Shown here: positions 9,247-18,521 of the stretch, piece by piece
Position numbering within the stretch: position 1 is the first letter of the stretch
How the letters are laid out: every line of letters begins with the position of its first letter
Origin: Paenibacillaceae bacterium
Lineage (GTDB): Bacteria; Bacillota; Bacilli; Paenibacillales; UBA4045
Length of the DNA stretch: 56,824 nt
NCBI GenBank assembly: GCA_040904605.1
Contig: JBBDTA010000014.1
Span: 1-56,824, forward strand
Direction: 5' to 3'
Notes under the pieces: model-generated
The model's database searches: none
Told to the model about the DNA's origin: nothing
The model's input: only the letters and a program-made list of their open reading frames with translations
Position numbers and translations under genes: made by a program

Positions 9247-11187
9247 CTATTCCTTTTTTGCTGGCTGTTCTGTAAGGAATACACGAATTGTAGAGCCTTT
9301 CTGTACCCTTGTTCCAGCTTTGGGGGCTTGACTTACGATAAGATTCCCTGTCCCCGCTCTGGCTAGGTTCAGGCTAGAGCCCAAATCTTGAATAATCTCA
9401 TTGACTGTCATACCCACCAAGTCGGGTACCTCTACATAAGTGCGCTCACCTAGCTCAGGGCGATACAGCTTATCTAACTGATCCTTCCGTGGTTCAATCT
9501 CTAAGTACCGCAGTGTATCCTCCATGACATTACGGACAATTGGAGCAGCAATTAATCCTCCAAATTGTAATCCTTGCGGATCATCAACGGCGATATAGAT
9601 CACAACCTGCGGATCATCCGCAGGGGCAAAGCCAATAAAGGATACGATGTGCTCATTGGGTGAATACCTGCCGTTAATAATTTTCTGTGCCGTACCTGTC
9701 TTACCTCCAACCCGATATCCATCTATAAATGCATTCCGACCGGTTCCTTTGGCCACGACGCTTTCTAGTGTGAGACGAACCTCTTTAGATGTTTCCTCTG
9801 AGATCACCTGGCGAACAAGCTCCGGCTCTATCTCCTGAACCACCTCACCTGTAAGTGGGTTCAACCACGATTTTGCTACATGAGGCTTATACAGCTTCCC
9901 ACCATTAATCGCAGCTGAGACAGCGGCAATTTGTTGCATAGGTGTGACCGAGACCCCCTGACCAAAGGCGGTTGTCGCCAATTCAACGGGTCCAACCTGA
10001 GAAGGCTTGAACAGAATTCCATTCTCCTCACCCGCAAGATCAATTCCCGTTTTCTGACCGAAGCCGAATCGTGTAATGTAGTCGAATAGCTTCTCCTTGC
10101 CCACTCGCTGCCCCATCACTACAAAGCCCGGGTTACAAGAATTCTCCACGACCTGCAAAAAGGTTTGATTACCATGCCCCCCTTTTTTCCAGCAACGAAG
10201 TTTAGCCCCTGCCACCTCAATGTAGCCTTTATCGAAGTAATGGTCATTCTTAAGGTCGACTTTCTTCTCCTCTAAAGCTGCAGCGAGTGTAATGATCTTG
10301 AAGGTAGAGCCGGGCTCATAAGTCATCCAGATCGGTAGATTGCGATTGATAATTTCGGATGAGTAAGCTTTATAATTACCAGGATCATATGTAGGTCTGC
10401 TAGCCATAGCTAGGACTTCGCCCGTATTAGGATCCATCGCAATACCGATCACATGCTTGGGTTGATACTGGAGCACCGCTTGGTCTAGCTCTCGTTCGAG
10501 AATGGTTTGAATGGGCTTGTCGATCGTAAGCTGCAAGGTCAAGCCTTCTCGCGGGCTCGTATATTCGTCTGTTGACCCTGGCATCTGTCGACCCTGAACA
10601 TCGGCTAGGAAGGAGACATTCCCTGATATCCCTTGAAGATAGTCATCATACTCAAGCTCTACGCCGGTCAAGCCTTGGCTATCAATGCCCGTAAAGCCAA
10701 GAATATGAGCAGCAAAGCCGCCATATGGATAATATCGTTTATGATCCTCGGCGACATAGATACCCGGTATATTCAGATTGCGTATTTCTTGTGCTTTCTC
10801 TGTTGTAATCTTACGCCCACCGGGTTGGATTTTGACAATGAACGTTTTCTTCACCAGCATCTCATATAATTTTTTCTCTGACATATCAATTTTCTGAGCT
10901 AGCAGCTTAGCTGTTCCCGCTGCATCTTTAATCTGTACGGGCACTGCCATAACGGTGGGAGAGCTAATATCATAAGCAAGTGGAATGCCGTTCCGATCTT
11001 GGATCTCACCACGCTGAGCGGTAAAGGGTATATTACGTCTCCAAGAATCCTCCGCCCGCTCGGATAGCTCAGAGCCTTTCCAAATTTGCACATAACCTAG
11101 TCGAGTAATAAGCGCTAGGAAAATAAGAGAACCTATTATTAATGACACAAATAGCCGCCTACGCATCGTAGCTTTGGATACTTTCAT
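9247..11187 (-). CDS. spoVD: Stage V sporulation protein D (class B PBP)
   Basis: YEPGSTFK (SxxK), NSCN and KTGTAQ motifs, single C-terminal PASTA domain, CWKKGGHG motif; second PBP of the dcw cluster. Confidence 0.93.
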   Translation of the reverse strand: MKVSKATMRRRLFVSLIIGSLIFLALITRLGYVQIWKGSELSERAEDSWRRNIPFTAQRGEIQDRNGIPLAYDISSPTVMAVPVQIKDAAGTAKLLAQKIDMSEKKLYEMLVKKTFIVKIQPGGRKITTEKAQEIRNLNIPGIYVAEDHKRYYPYGGFAAHILGFTGIDSQGLTGVELEYDDYLQGISGNVSFLADVQGRQMPGSTDEYTSPREGLTLQLTIDKPIQTILERELDQAVLQYQPKHVIGIAMDPNTGEVLAMASRPTYDPGNYKAYSSEIINRNLPIWMTYEPGSTFKIITLAAALEEKKVDLKNDHYFDKGYIEVAGAKLRCWKKGGHGNQTFLQVVENSCNPGFVVMGQRVGKEKLFDYITRFGFGQKTGIDLAGEENGILFKPSQVGPVELATTAFGQGVSVTPMQQIAAVSAAINGGKLYKPHVAKSWLNPLTGEVVQEIEPELVRQVISEETSKEVRLTLESVVAKGTGRNAFIDGYRVGGKTGTAQKIINGRYSPNEHIVSFIGFAPADDPQVVIYIAVDDPQGLQFGGLIAAPIVRNVMEDTLRYLEIEPRKDQLDKLYRPELGERTYVEVPDLVGMTVNEIIQDLGSSLNLARAGTGNLIVSQAPKAGTRVQKGSTIRVFLTEQPAKKE

Positions 11188-11233
11188 CCTGTCTTACCCC
11201 CATCATCCTATCGACTGAAATACGTTTCATATC

Positions 11234-11263
11234 AACGTATTCCATAAGGATCGGGGATAGAAC
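11234..11263 (-). promoter_or_regulatory. SigE-like promoter upstream of spoVD
   Basis: Minus strand TCTAT-N15-AATACGTT; spoVD is SigE-dependent in B. subtilis. Confidence 0.45.
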
Positions 11264-11309
11264 AAGCTAGGGCCATCTCGCCCTTATACAGACCAACATA
11301 GCATAAGGA

Positions 11310-13505
11310 TTATTCTTCTTCATTGTTATTAGTCTCTGTCTGTTCTTCTGGAACAGGCTCCAGCTTAAAGGGTTCAAATATAATCTCAATAATCTTGGAA
11401 TCAGGGGTTCCTATAAATTTCTGTGAAATAACAAACCCTTCCCCCAATAAGGTACAATCTGCTTCGTACACCGAGCAAACCTCGACAACATCCCGCATCG
11501 AACGCCCAGTGACATCAGGGAAGGTTAGCCCTTCCAACGGTTGTGTCAGAATGTAGCCTCTCTGCTCAAGTCCAATTTGAGTCCCCGCCATCGGTTGTTG
11601 TTGTACGACCTTCTTCCCATTGCCAATCACGTCATAAGCAATACCAATTCGAGATAGCAAATCCTTCGCTTCCGATGTACTTACCTGGCTAAGATCAGGC
11701 ATCAGCACACCACTATTATCGAGTAATTGAGTAACCCCTAGCGACGTATTAGCCTTAGGCACATTCAAGTATCTTAGGCTTTTTCCCATGATATCCTTAA
11801 ACACTGGTGCGGATACCTCACCGCTCCGATTCGAATCTGAACCGATGTCAGGATCGTCAATAATGACGCATAATACAATCTGCGGATTATCCGCAGGTGC
11901 ATAACCAATGAAAGAAACAACCCACTTGCTAGTAGCATAGCTGCCATCTATAAATTTTTGAGCCGTCCCCGTTTTACCAGCAATCCGATACCCATCAATA
12001 AATCCACGGCGACCTGTACCAATCTCTTGATCGGACACAACCTGCTCGAGATATCCGCTCACTTCCTTGGCTGCTTGCTCTGAGATAACCTGTCTAATGA
12101 ATTCCGGCTCTGTTTTCTTCAGTACCTCGTTCGTTACAGGATCAATGATTTCTTTCATAAGGTACGGCCTCATTAACTTACCACCATTAGCAATGGCAGA
12201 TATCGCAGCGACCTGCTGAATAGCTGTTACCGCTACACCTTGACCGAAGGTAGCATTAGCAACCTCACTGGGATAGTGAAAATTAATGTCACCACTAATT
12301 TCACCGGTGAGATCAATGCCTGTCTTATGACCAAATCCGAATTTCTCAATATAATCGTGCAACTTCTCTTTTCCCAGTCCATCGTACCCGAGTTTTACAA
12401 AGGCAACGTTACTCGAACGTTTGAGACCTTCTAGGTATGTAATATTCCCCCAGCCCCAACCATTATTATGATCTCGAATCGTTGCACCAGGCACCTTGAT
12501 CGATCCAGATGGGTATGTATCCTCCGGATGGAATATTCCTTGATCAACAGCCCCGGCCAGAGTAACAATCTTAAAGGTGGAGCCAGGCTCAAATTGAGAA
12601 GCAATATTATGATTCTTGAAATCTCCCTGATCGGCAAAATCCCAATATGTATTAGGATTAAATGTAGGCAAACTGGACATGCCTAAGATCTCCATCGTGT
12701 TCGGATCAGCGGCTATGACCATCGCACCCTTCGGATGAAATTGTTCATTCATCTTCTCTAATGCTTCTTCAATATAATGTTGAATATTCCGATCGATCGT
12801 TGTCCGCACATTACTTCCATTCACAGGTGCTGTTACCGCAGCATGACCTTCAGGCAGCTGATAGCCAAGTCTATCCTTCTCGTAGCTAATTGACCCCGGT
12901 GTGCCCTTCAGATATTCGTCATAGACGAGTTCAATTCCAGTCCTCGCTTGATTTTCCTTGTCCACATAACCGAGAACATGAGAAGCCAGTTGATTCGTCG
13001 GGTAATATCGTTTTCGCTCCTCTAGTAATGTAACAGAACCCTTTAATCCAAGATTATCAATTTGTTTAATAATTTCATCCGCGACCGATTTATCTATTTT
13101 CCAGCCTTCGTTGCGAATTTCTACCTGATCCTTCAATCTTCCATCATCTCGCTTGGAAGTAACACGAACATTCAGCTTACTTAGACCTTCAGGGGTATTC
13201 ATGTTTAAGAGTGGTGCTAGCATGCCCACCACTACATCTTGCTGCTTATACTTATCAATAAGCAATGGATTTACGGCAACCGTATAAGACTCGCCATCCT
13301 GCGCTAAGATCTTATCATTCCGATCAAGAATCGATCCTCTTATCGGTTGGAGCACCTTTTGTTTGCTCCAAGAATCCTCGGCCTTATCTAATAGCTCCGC
13401 ACCATTCACAATTTGTACCCAATATAGCTTCATAGTCATCGTAAGAAAAAGAAGGGTAAAGAGCCCTCCAATTACTAAGGATCGAACCCTGATTCTTCTA
13501 CCCAT
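11310..13505 (-). CDS. pbpB: Division class B penicillin-binding protein (PBP2B/FtsI-like) with PASTA domains
   Basis: FEPGSTFK, SSN and KTGTAQ motifs, two PASTA-like repeats; directly after ftsL. Confidence 0.88.
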   Translation of the reverse strand: MGRRIRVRSLVIGGLFTLLFLTMTMKLYWVQIVNGAELLDKAEDSWSKQKVLQPIRGSILDRNDKILAQDGESYTVAVNPLLIDKYKQQDVVVGMLAPLLNMNTPEGLSKLNVRVTSKRDDGRLKDQVEIRNEGWKIDKSVADEIIKQIDNLGLKGSVTLLEERKRYYPTNQLASHVLGYVDKENQARTGIELVYDEYLKGTPGSISYEKDRLGYQLPEGHAAVTAPVNGSNVRTTIDRNIQHYIEEALEKMNEQFHPKGAMVIAADPNTMEILGMSSLPTFNPNTYWDFADQGDFKNHNIASQFEPGSTFKIVTLAGAVDQGIFHPEDTYPSGSIKVPGATIRDHNNGWGWGNITYLEGLKRSSNVAFVKLGYDGLGKEKLHDYIEKFGFGHKTGIDLTGEISGDINFHYPSEVANATFGQGVAVTAIQQVAAISAIANGGKLMRPYLMKEIIDPVTNEVLKKTEPEFIRQVISEQAAKEVSGYLEQVVSDQEIGTGRRGFIDGYRIAGKTGTAQKFIDGSYATSKWVVSFIGYAPADNPQIVLCVIIDDPDIGSDSNRSGEVSAPVFKDIMGKSLRYLNVPKANTSLGVTQLLDNSGVLMPDLSQVSTSEAKDLLSRIGIAYDVIGNGKKVVQQQPMAGTQIGLEQRGYILTQPLEGLTFPDVTGRSMRDVVEVCSVYEADCTLLGEGFVISQKFIGTPDSKIIEIIFEPFKLEPVPEEQTETNNNEEE

Positions 13506-13520
13506 ATCGAAGTCAACCCC

Positions 13521-13931
13521 TTATTTCTTTAATGCCATTTGATCTATCCCGGCAGCTCTCGACCCAAGGGGAATTTCACTTATGTCTTCCTCGATGGAGG
13601 AATGTAATCCTAACTGCTTCGCTTTATCAATAAGACGCTTCGGATCCTGAAGCGAGTTCACTTCAAGCTCCAAGGTCCCATTCTCGCTCTCAAGCTGCTG
13701 AATTTGTTGCTCCATCTGTTGCATCTTGGCATTGACTTCATAGATTTGCGCATAACGAAAGATAACCAATCCAGCCACAAGAACACACACAATAATCGTA
13801 AATAAGTAAAGAAGCTTCTCTTGCGTCGGTATTGCCTTCTTGCGTTTCACAATTCGTTTCGTCTCTTGATAAGTTACCTGCGGTTTTTTCCTCTGGCTTA
13901 CAGCCAAATTCCCCTCATAATACAAAGCCAA
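13521..13931 (-). CDS. ftsL: Cell division protein FtsL
   Basis: Basic N-terminus, EK motif, one TM helix and a coiled coil; lies between rsmH and the PBP gene. Confidence 0.88.
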   Translation of the reverse strand: MALYYEGNLAVSQRKKPQVTYQETKRIVKRKKAIPTQEKLLYLFTIIVCVLVAGLVIFRYAQIYEVNAKMQQMEQQIQQLESENGTLELEVNSLQDPKRLIDKAKQLGLHSSIEEDISEIPLGSRAAGIDQMALKK

Positions 13932-13959
13932 GACCCCCTATTCGTGTCAATCATCAAAC

Positions 13960-14910
13960 TTATATTTTTTCCGCTATTCGCAATTTAGCTGATCTAGCCC
14001 TAGGGTTAAGCTCAAGCTCTTCGGCTCCCGGTACAATAGGCTTTCTGTTGATCAGGCGAACAATCTCTTCTTTTCGACATACACAGACAGGAAAACCCGG
14101 CGGACAACTACAAGCTTCAACAAATTTCGCAAAGAAATGCTTGCAAATCCTGTCCTCCAAAGAATGGAACGTGATGACCACTAGTCTTCCTCCGGGGGCC
14201 AGGCATTGTATTGCTTGCTCAAGTACTTCTTGTAATACGCCCAATTCGTCATTGACTGCAATCCGGATCGCTTGGAAGCTTCGTCTGGCAGGATGAGGTC
14301 CAGTTCTTCTTGCTGCTGCTGGTATCGCTTCCTTGATCAGCTCCGCTAGCTCACTCGTTGAATGTATCGGTTTTAATGCTCGGGTTTGAATAATGAGTTT
14401 GGCTATTCTTCGCGCGAATTTTTCTTCACCATATTCGAATAGAATTCGTGTCAATTCATCCTCCGGCCATTCATTCACAACCTGGAATGCGGATAGATCA
14501 TTCGATCGATCCATTCTCATGTCTAGCTCAGCATCTTGATGGTAGCTGAATCCACGTTCTGCATCATCTAGCTGTGGGGAGGAGACACCCAAGTCGAGCA
14601 GAATTCCGTCGACCTGTGGCCACCCATTATTCACTGGAACTTGCTGAGCCAATAATTGTTGACGGAGTTGGCTGAAATTACTGTTAATCAGCTTAACGCG
14701 ATTACCATAAGGCGCGAGCTTGATTGCTGCGTTCTGGATGGCGGTAATATCTTGATCAAAAGCAATTAATTGACCTTCATCATTTAATTGTTGTGCAATG
14801 AAGCTGCTGTGGCCAGCACCGCCAAGTGTGCAATCCACATAAATTCCGTCAGACTTTATATTCAAGCCGTTTACGGCTTCATTCAACAATACGGTCACAT
14901 GGTGGAACAC
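13960..14910 (-). CDS. rsmH: 16S rRNA m4C1402 methyltransferase
   Basis: [38 protein letters not shown] and [10 protein letters not shown] motifs. Confidence 0.97.
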   Translation of the reverse strand: MFHHVTVLLNEAVNGLNIKSDGIYVDCTLGGAGHSSFIAQQLNDEGQLIAFDQDITAIQNAAIKLAPYGNRVKLINSNFSQLRQQLLAQQVPVNNGWPQVDGILLDLGVSSPQLDDAERGFSYHQDAELDMRMDRSNDLSAFQVVNEWPEDELTRILFEYGEEKFARRIAKLIIQTRALKPIHSTSELAELIKEAIPAAARRTGPHPARRSFQAIRIAVNDELGVLQEVLEQAIQCLAPGGRLVVITFHSLEDRICKHFFAKFVEACSCPPGFPVCVCRKEEIVRLINRKPIVPGAEELELNPRARSAKLRIAEKI

Positions 14911-14931
14911 GATGGGTAACCCCCTAGGAGT

Positions 14932-15369
14932 TTACAGATCAAAGTTGAAGTCGACCAATTTTTCTGCAATTTCATTGAATGATGATTCTGAAGCTTGTGC
15001 ATATTGATCCCACATGTCCTTACTCCAAATCTCTACACGATTGGATACGCCAATTACGATACAATCCTTATCTAGCTTTGCATGCTCCCTTAGATTGCTT
15101 GGTATGTTTACTCTTCCCTGTTTGTCCAGCTCACATTCCGTAGCCCCAGAGAAGAAAAACCGAGTGAACGCACGCGCATCAGACTTCATAAGCGATAGCG
15201 TCTTGAGCTTCTGTTCGAGCACAGCCCATTCTTTCGTAGGGTAAACGAATAGACAGCTGTCAAGGCCTCGTGTGACCACGAAGGATTGATCGAGTGAGTC
15301 ACGAAACTTGGCCGGAATAATAATCCGCCCTTTTTCGTCGATGCTATGTTGATACTCACCCATGAACAT
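14932..15369 (-). CDS. mraZ: Transcriptional repressor MraZ
   Basis: [15 protein letters not shown] and LDKQGRV (two DxxGR repeats). Confidence 0.97.
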   Translation of the reverse strand: MFMGEYQHSIDEKGRIIIPAKFRDSLDQSFVVTRGLDSCLFVYPTKEWAVLEQKLKTLSLMKSDARAFTRFFFSGATECELDKQGRVNIPSNLREHAKLDKDCIVIGVSNRVEIWSKDMWDQYAQASESSFNEIAEKLVDFNFDL

Positions 15370-15398
15370 CCTCGGCTCACCCCTCTAGGTTAATAGTC

Positions 15399-15426
15399 TA
15401 CCACTTTACCCCACTTCACACCACTT
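15399..15426 (-). promoter_or_regulatory. MraZ operator: three GTGG direct repeats at 10-bp periodicity
   Basis: CCACTT at 15401, 15411 and 15421 (AAGTGG on minus), matching the known MraZ-binding repeat architecture. Confidence 0.85.
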
Positions 15427-15436
15427 AACGATACTA

Positions 15437-15463
15437 ATTCTCCACAAAAAGAAAAAGTCCTGC
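15437..15463 (-). promoter_or_regulatory. SigH-like promoter upstream of mraZ
   Basis: Minus strand GCAGGACTT-N11-GGAGAAT fits RnAGGAwww-N11/12-RnnGAAT; overlaps the terminator arm. Confidence 0.45.
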
Positions 15464-15482
15464 AACTTTGCAGGACTTTTTT
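15452..15482. terminator. Intrinsic terminator (bidirectional form) after the DUF4349 gene
   Basis: AAAAAGTCCTGCAA-CT-TTGCAGGACTTTTTT perfect inverted repeat with A/T tails. Confidence 0.85.
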
Positions 15483-15527
15483 AAAATTCTTTTTTCTGAA
15501 GTTTAGATGATGGCGGGTAGATCGATA

Positions 15528-16643
15528 TTACTCTGGATCGGCTTTATGCACAGTTTCCTTATCCGCTTCTGCTTGCTGCACAACCACCTGATCCTTCTCC
15601 ACTGGAGTTACATAAGAGCCAGCAGCTTTACGCGGACCTTCGTATCTAGTCTTCCGATATATGACCCAGATGAGCACAACAATTAAACCAACAACGACAA
15701 GTATCGGTAATGCTCCTGCCAAGCCGATGAATATCCCCTCGAACATGGCAATTACAGCTTTTCCACTACCCTTCATGGCATCTCCAGCGCGAGTAAGCAC
15801 ATTCTCCTTCTTCTCCGCTTGAATTTGCGCCTTACCTTTCTTCTCATACATTCTGATTTCTACCGTGGAGAAAGCGACATTCTGATCGATGTATCGCATC
15901 CGACCTTTGATTGCTTCAATCTCCTCCTGCACTCGTGCAAGCTCATTAGAAAATTGCAGCAAATTCTTCGTGTCGGTAGCCTTCTCCATAAAGCTGAGCA
16001 GACGGGCTTCCACAACCTGCTTAGCCTTCAATCTAGATGCAATATCCACGTACTCCTCTGTTACATCCTTACCTTGAATATTGCGCTGTGCCTCGGTATC
16101 CTTCTTCTTCAGTTCTTCAAGCTTAGACACGAAAGGATGAAAGCCTTGAGAAGGAACTTTTATGACGAATAGACCACCTGATTCATAATCACTCATCGTA
16201 TCATTAAAATTCAACATGTAACCACCAGCTAACGTCACCATGTTGAATAATTCAGTTTGAGCATCACCATAATCTTCAACCTCAAGTACAACATTCGCGT
16301 TATAGATTAGCTTTCGATCATAAGCGCTGAGGTCCGATGCTGTTGCTCCTAAAGACGGATTACTGTTATCGGTAACGGATTCGCTGGACGCCTCTTCTGT
16401 TACCTCTTTACTATCAGCCATTGCCGCAGGCTCTGACCTCAGATCTTCTGCTTTTCCGAATTCTACTTCCATTGGAGCTTCTGGACTTGCTGCAGTATTC
16501 ATAGACATTTTTGAGTTTGAGTCAATCGCACTATCATTGTTACTTGCACCACAGCCTGTTAACCCGATCAAAAGCAAAATAATAGCTAATCCATACAACC
16601 ACCCACGAAGCGAATTCCTCTTCCCACTAATGTGATTATTCAT
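15528..16643 (-). CDS. DUF4349-family lipoprotein with C-terminal TM anchor
   Basis: Lipobox LTGC, low-complexity linker, RKLIYNA...DVTEEYVD...EIEAIKGRMRYID core and C-terminal TM helix. ATG 16643 follows AGAGGGGG (alternative GTG 16652). Confidence 0.8.
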   Translation of the reverse strand: MNNHISGKRNSLRGWLYGLAIILLLIGLTGCGASNNDSAIDSNSKMSMNTAASPEAPMEVEFGKAEDLRSEPAAMADSKEVTEEASSESVTDNSNPSLGATASDLSAYDRKLIYNANVVLEVEDYGDAQTELFNMVTLAGGYMLNFNDTMSDYESGGLFVIKVPSQGFHPFVSKLEELKKKDTEAQRNIQGKDVTEEYVDIASRLKAKQVVEARLLSFMEKATDTKNLLQFSNELARVQEEIEAIKGRMRYIDQNVAFSTVEIRMYEKKGKAQIQAEKKENVLTRAGDAMKGSGKAVIAMFEGIFIGLAGALPILVVVGLIVVLIWVIYRKTRYEGPRKAAGSYVTPVEKDQVVVQQAEADKETVHKADPE

Positions 16644-16706
16644 GAACCGCACCCCCTCTAATTGTTAGTAGTGGCTTCTTTATCTGTAATCCACTATTTG
16701 TAAGGT

Positions 16707-16735
16707 TAGACGAGGATTACGAATAGAAGGTTGCA
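16707..16735 (-). promoter_or_regulatory. ECF sigma (SigM/SigW/SigX-type) promoter for the DUF4349 gene
   Basis: Minus strand TGCAAC-N17-CGTCTA. Confidence 0.65.
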
Positions 16736-17086
16736 AATTAATCCTCCACAGTATACTTAACAAATAAGCATCAAAGCTGAAGACTGTCCCACAATAACGA
16801 TCATATGCAGATAAGAACAGGTTGGCGGTAACAAACTATTGCGTAGATACAACTATTCTAGTTTCATTTAATCTATAACAAAAAATAATTGCTTAAATAC
16901 AATTAAATCTTGGATAAAGCGATAATCCCATGGAATCTAAGTGAAATAATTGCACTATGTTACTACTTCTTCCAATCTCCCTACTTTTATAGAAAATAGA
17001 TGTAAATATACGCTATTTATTCGATATACACAACTATTGAAGGCTATATCAGAGAAACCCATAAATTCTGGCGTGTACTCAATAAT

Positions 17087-17116
17087 AAACCCGACAGATT
17101 AATCTCTGTCAGGTTG
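17087..17116 (-). terminator. Probable terminator after ahcY
   Basis: AACCCGACAGA-TTAATC-TCTGTCAGGTT imperfect inverted repeat with T-rich tail on the minus strand. Confidence 0.55.
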
Positions 17117-17154
17117 TGTGTGTGAACAATGAAATTGCTTAATTCTATCGATTC

Positions 17155-18417
17155 TTAATGCTCTGTCCAGCTCTCAAGGTAGCTCTTCTGCTCTGTTGTG
17201 AGTTTGTCGATCGTCATACCGAGTGCTTCGAGCTTGAACAATGCAACTTGAGCATCAATCTCGTAAGGTACATCAACTACCTTGTTGCCTATTAATTTAT
17301 ATTGTTCGTTCACATACTTTAATGACATAGCTTGCAAGGCGAAGGTCATGTCCATAATCTCAGCAGGATGACCGTCTCCCGCAGCGAGGTTAACCAAGCG
17401 ACCTTCTGCTAATATATAGAACTTACGGCCATCAGGCAGCTGATACTCTTCAATGTTACGACGAACCGTACGTTTACCATTCGATAGAGCTGCTAGCTCG
17501 ACCAAATTCACCTCTACATCGAAGTGACCAGCGTTACATAGGATTGCTCCATCCTTCATTACCTCGAAGTGCTCACCGCGAATAACATCCCTATTACCGG
17601 TAACTGTTACGAAAAATTCGCCAACCTTGGCCGCTTCAAGCATAGACATTACAGCGAAACCATCCATGTACGCTTCCACAGCACGGATTGAATCTATCTC
17701 AGTTACGATTACATTCGCTCCGAGGCCCTTAGCTCGCATAGCAACCCCTTTGCCACACCAGCCATAGCCGCATACAACGACCATTTTGCCAGCTACAACT
17801 AGATTTGTCGTCCGATTGATTCCATCCCATACAGATTGACCTGTTCCATAACGATTATCGAACAAATATTTGCAGTAAGCATCATTCACCGCGATCATCG
17901 GAAACTTCAGCTTGCCTTCCTTCTCTAACGACTTCAAGCGTAGAATGCCTGTCGTCGTTTCTTCAGCACCACCACGTACATTGACCATCAATTCCGGTCT
18001 TTCGGCATGAAGAATGGTAACTAAATCGCCACCATCGTCGATAATGAGATCCGGCTTGTTCTCTAGAGCCATGACCATCAATTGTTTGTACTCTTCAGGA
18101 CTCGGATTGTACTTCGCAAATACGGTAATTCCATCCTCAACTAGTGCAGCACACACATCATCCTGGGTAGAAAGAGGGTTACTTCCAGTAATGGTTACTT
18201 CTGCGCCACCTGCTTTTACTACCTTAGCCAGATAAGCTGTCTTCGCTTCAAGGTGAAGAGAGATTGCTACCTTCAATCCTTTGAATGGCTGTTCCTTCTC
18301 GAATTGCTCTCGAATTCGGTTCAGAACCGGCATATGCTGGTTTACCCAATCGATCTTCAGGTGACCTTCTGGTGCTAGCTTAATATCCGTAATTATACTC
18401 GTTTGTAATGTGTTCAT
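17155..18417 (-). CDS. ahcY: Adenosylhomocysteinase (SAH hydrolase)
   Basis: SNPLSTQD, DDGGDL, EETTTG, FDNRYGTGQS, GYGWCGKG, GHFDVE and GRLVNL motifs. Confidence 0.96.
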   Translation of the reverse strand: MNTLQTSIITDIKLAPEGHLKIDWVNQHMPVLNRIREQFEKEQPFKGLKVAISLHLEAKTAYLAKVVKAGGAEVTITGSNPLSTQDDVCAALVEDGITVFAKYNPSPEEYKQLMVMALENKPDLIIDDGGDLVTILHAERPELMVNVRGGAEETTTGILRLKSLEKEGKLKFPMIAVNDAYCKYLFDNRYGTGQSVWDGINRTTNLVVAGKMVVVCGYGWCGKGVAMRAKGLGANVIVTEIDSIRAVEAYMDGFAVMSMLEAAKVGEFFVTVTGNRDVIRGEHFEVMKDGAILCNAGHFDVEVNLVELAALSNGKRTVRRNIEEYQLPDGRKFYILAEGRLVNLAAGDGHPAEIMDMTFALQAMSLKYVNEQYKLIGNKVVDVPYEIDAQVALFKLEALGMTIDKLTTEQKSYLESWTEH

Positions 18418-18431
18418 GTTGTTCCTCCTAA

Positions 18432-18521
18432 AAGTTTTGTTTATTATAGTGACTTACGAAGTAAAGTCATTCATTCATACAAAACTACTTCGTAAGCATA
18501 AGCTAAGTTTTGTTTATTATA
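18432..18521. repeat. Variant copy of the intergenic hairpin-repeat element
   Basis: Core AAAACTACTTCGTAAGCATAAGCTAAGTTTT (18481-18511) differs by one base from the 9171-9201 copy. 17-bp direct repeat AAGTTTTGTTTATTATA at 18432 and 18505. Confidence 0.85.

Noticed and set aside
9048..9284. 78-aa ORF with the repeated peptide RDHQKLSLCLRCSFIDHL
   Set aside because: A by-product of the 54-bp (18-codon) repeat; it overlaps both spoVD and murE and has no RBS.
13832..14296. 154-aa antisense ORF, and the many other 60-140-aa shadow ORFs in the track
   Set aside because: They lie opposite or out of frame to well-conserved genes and have no RBS or recognisable motifs.
16740..17085. Small ORFs, pseudogene or SAH/SAM riboswitch near ahcY
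   Set aside because: Only short ORFs were noticed, the region is downstream of ahcY, and no riboswitch consensus was recognisable.
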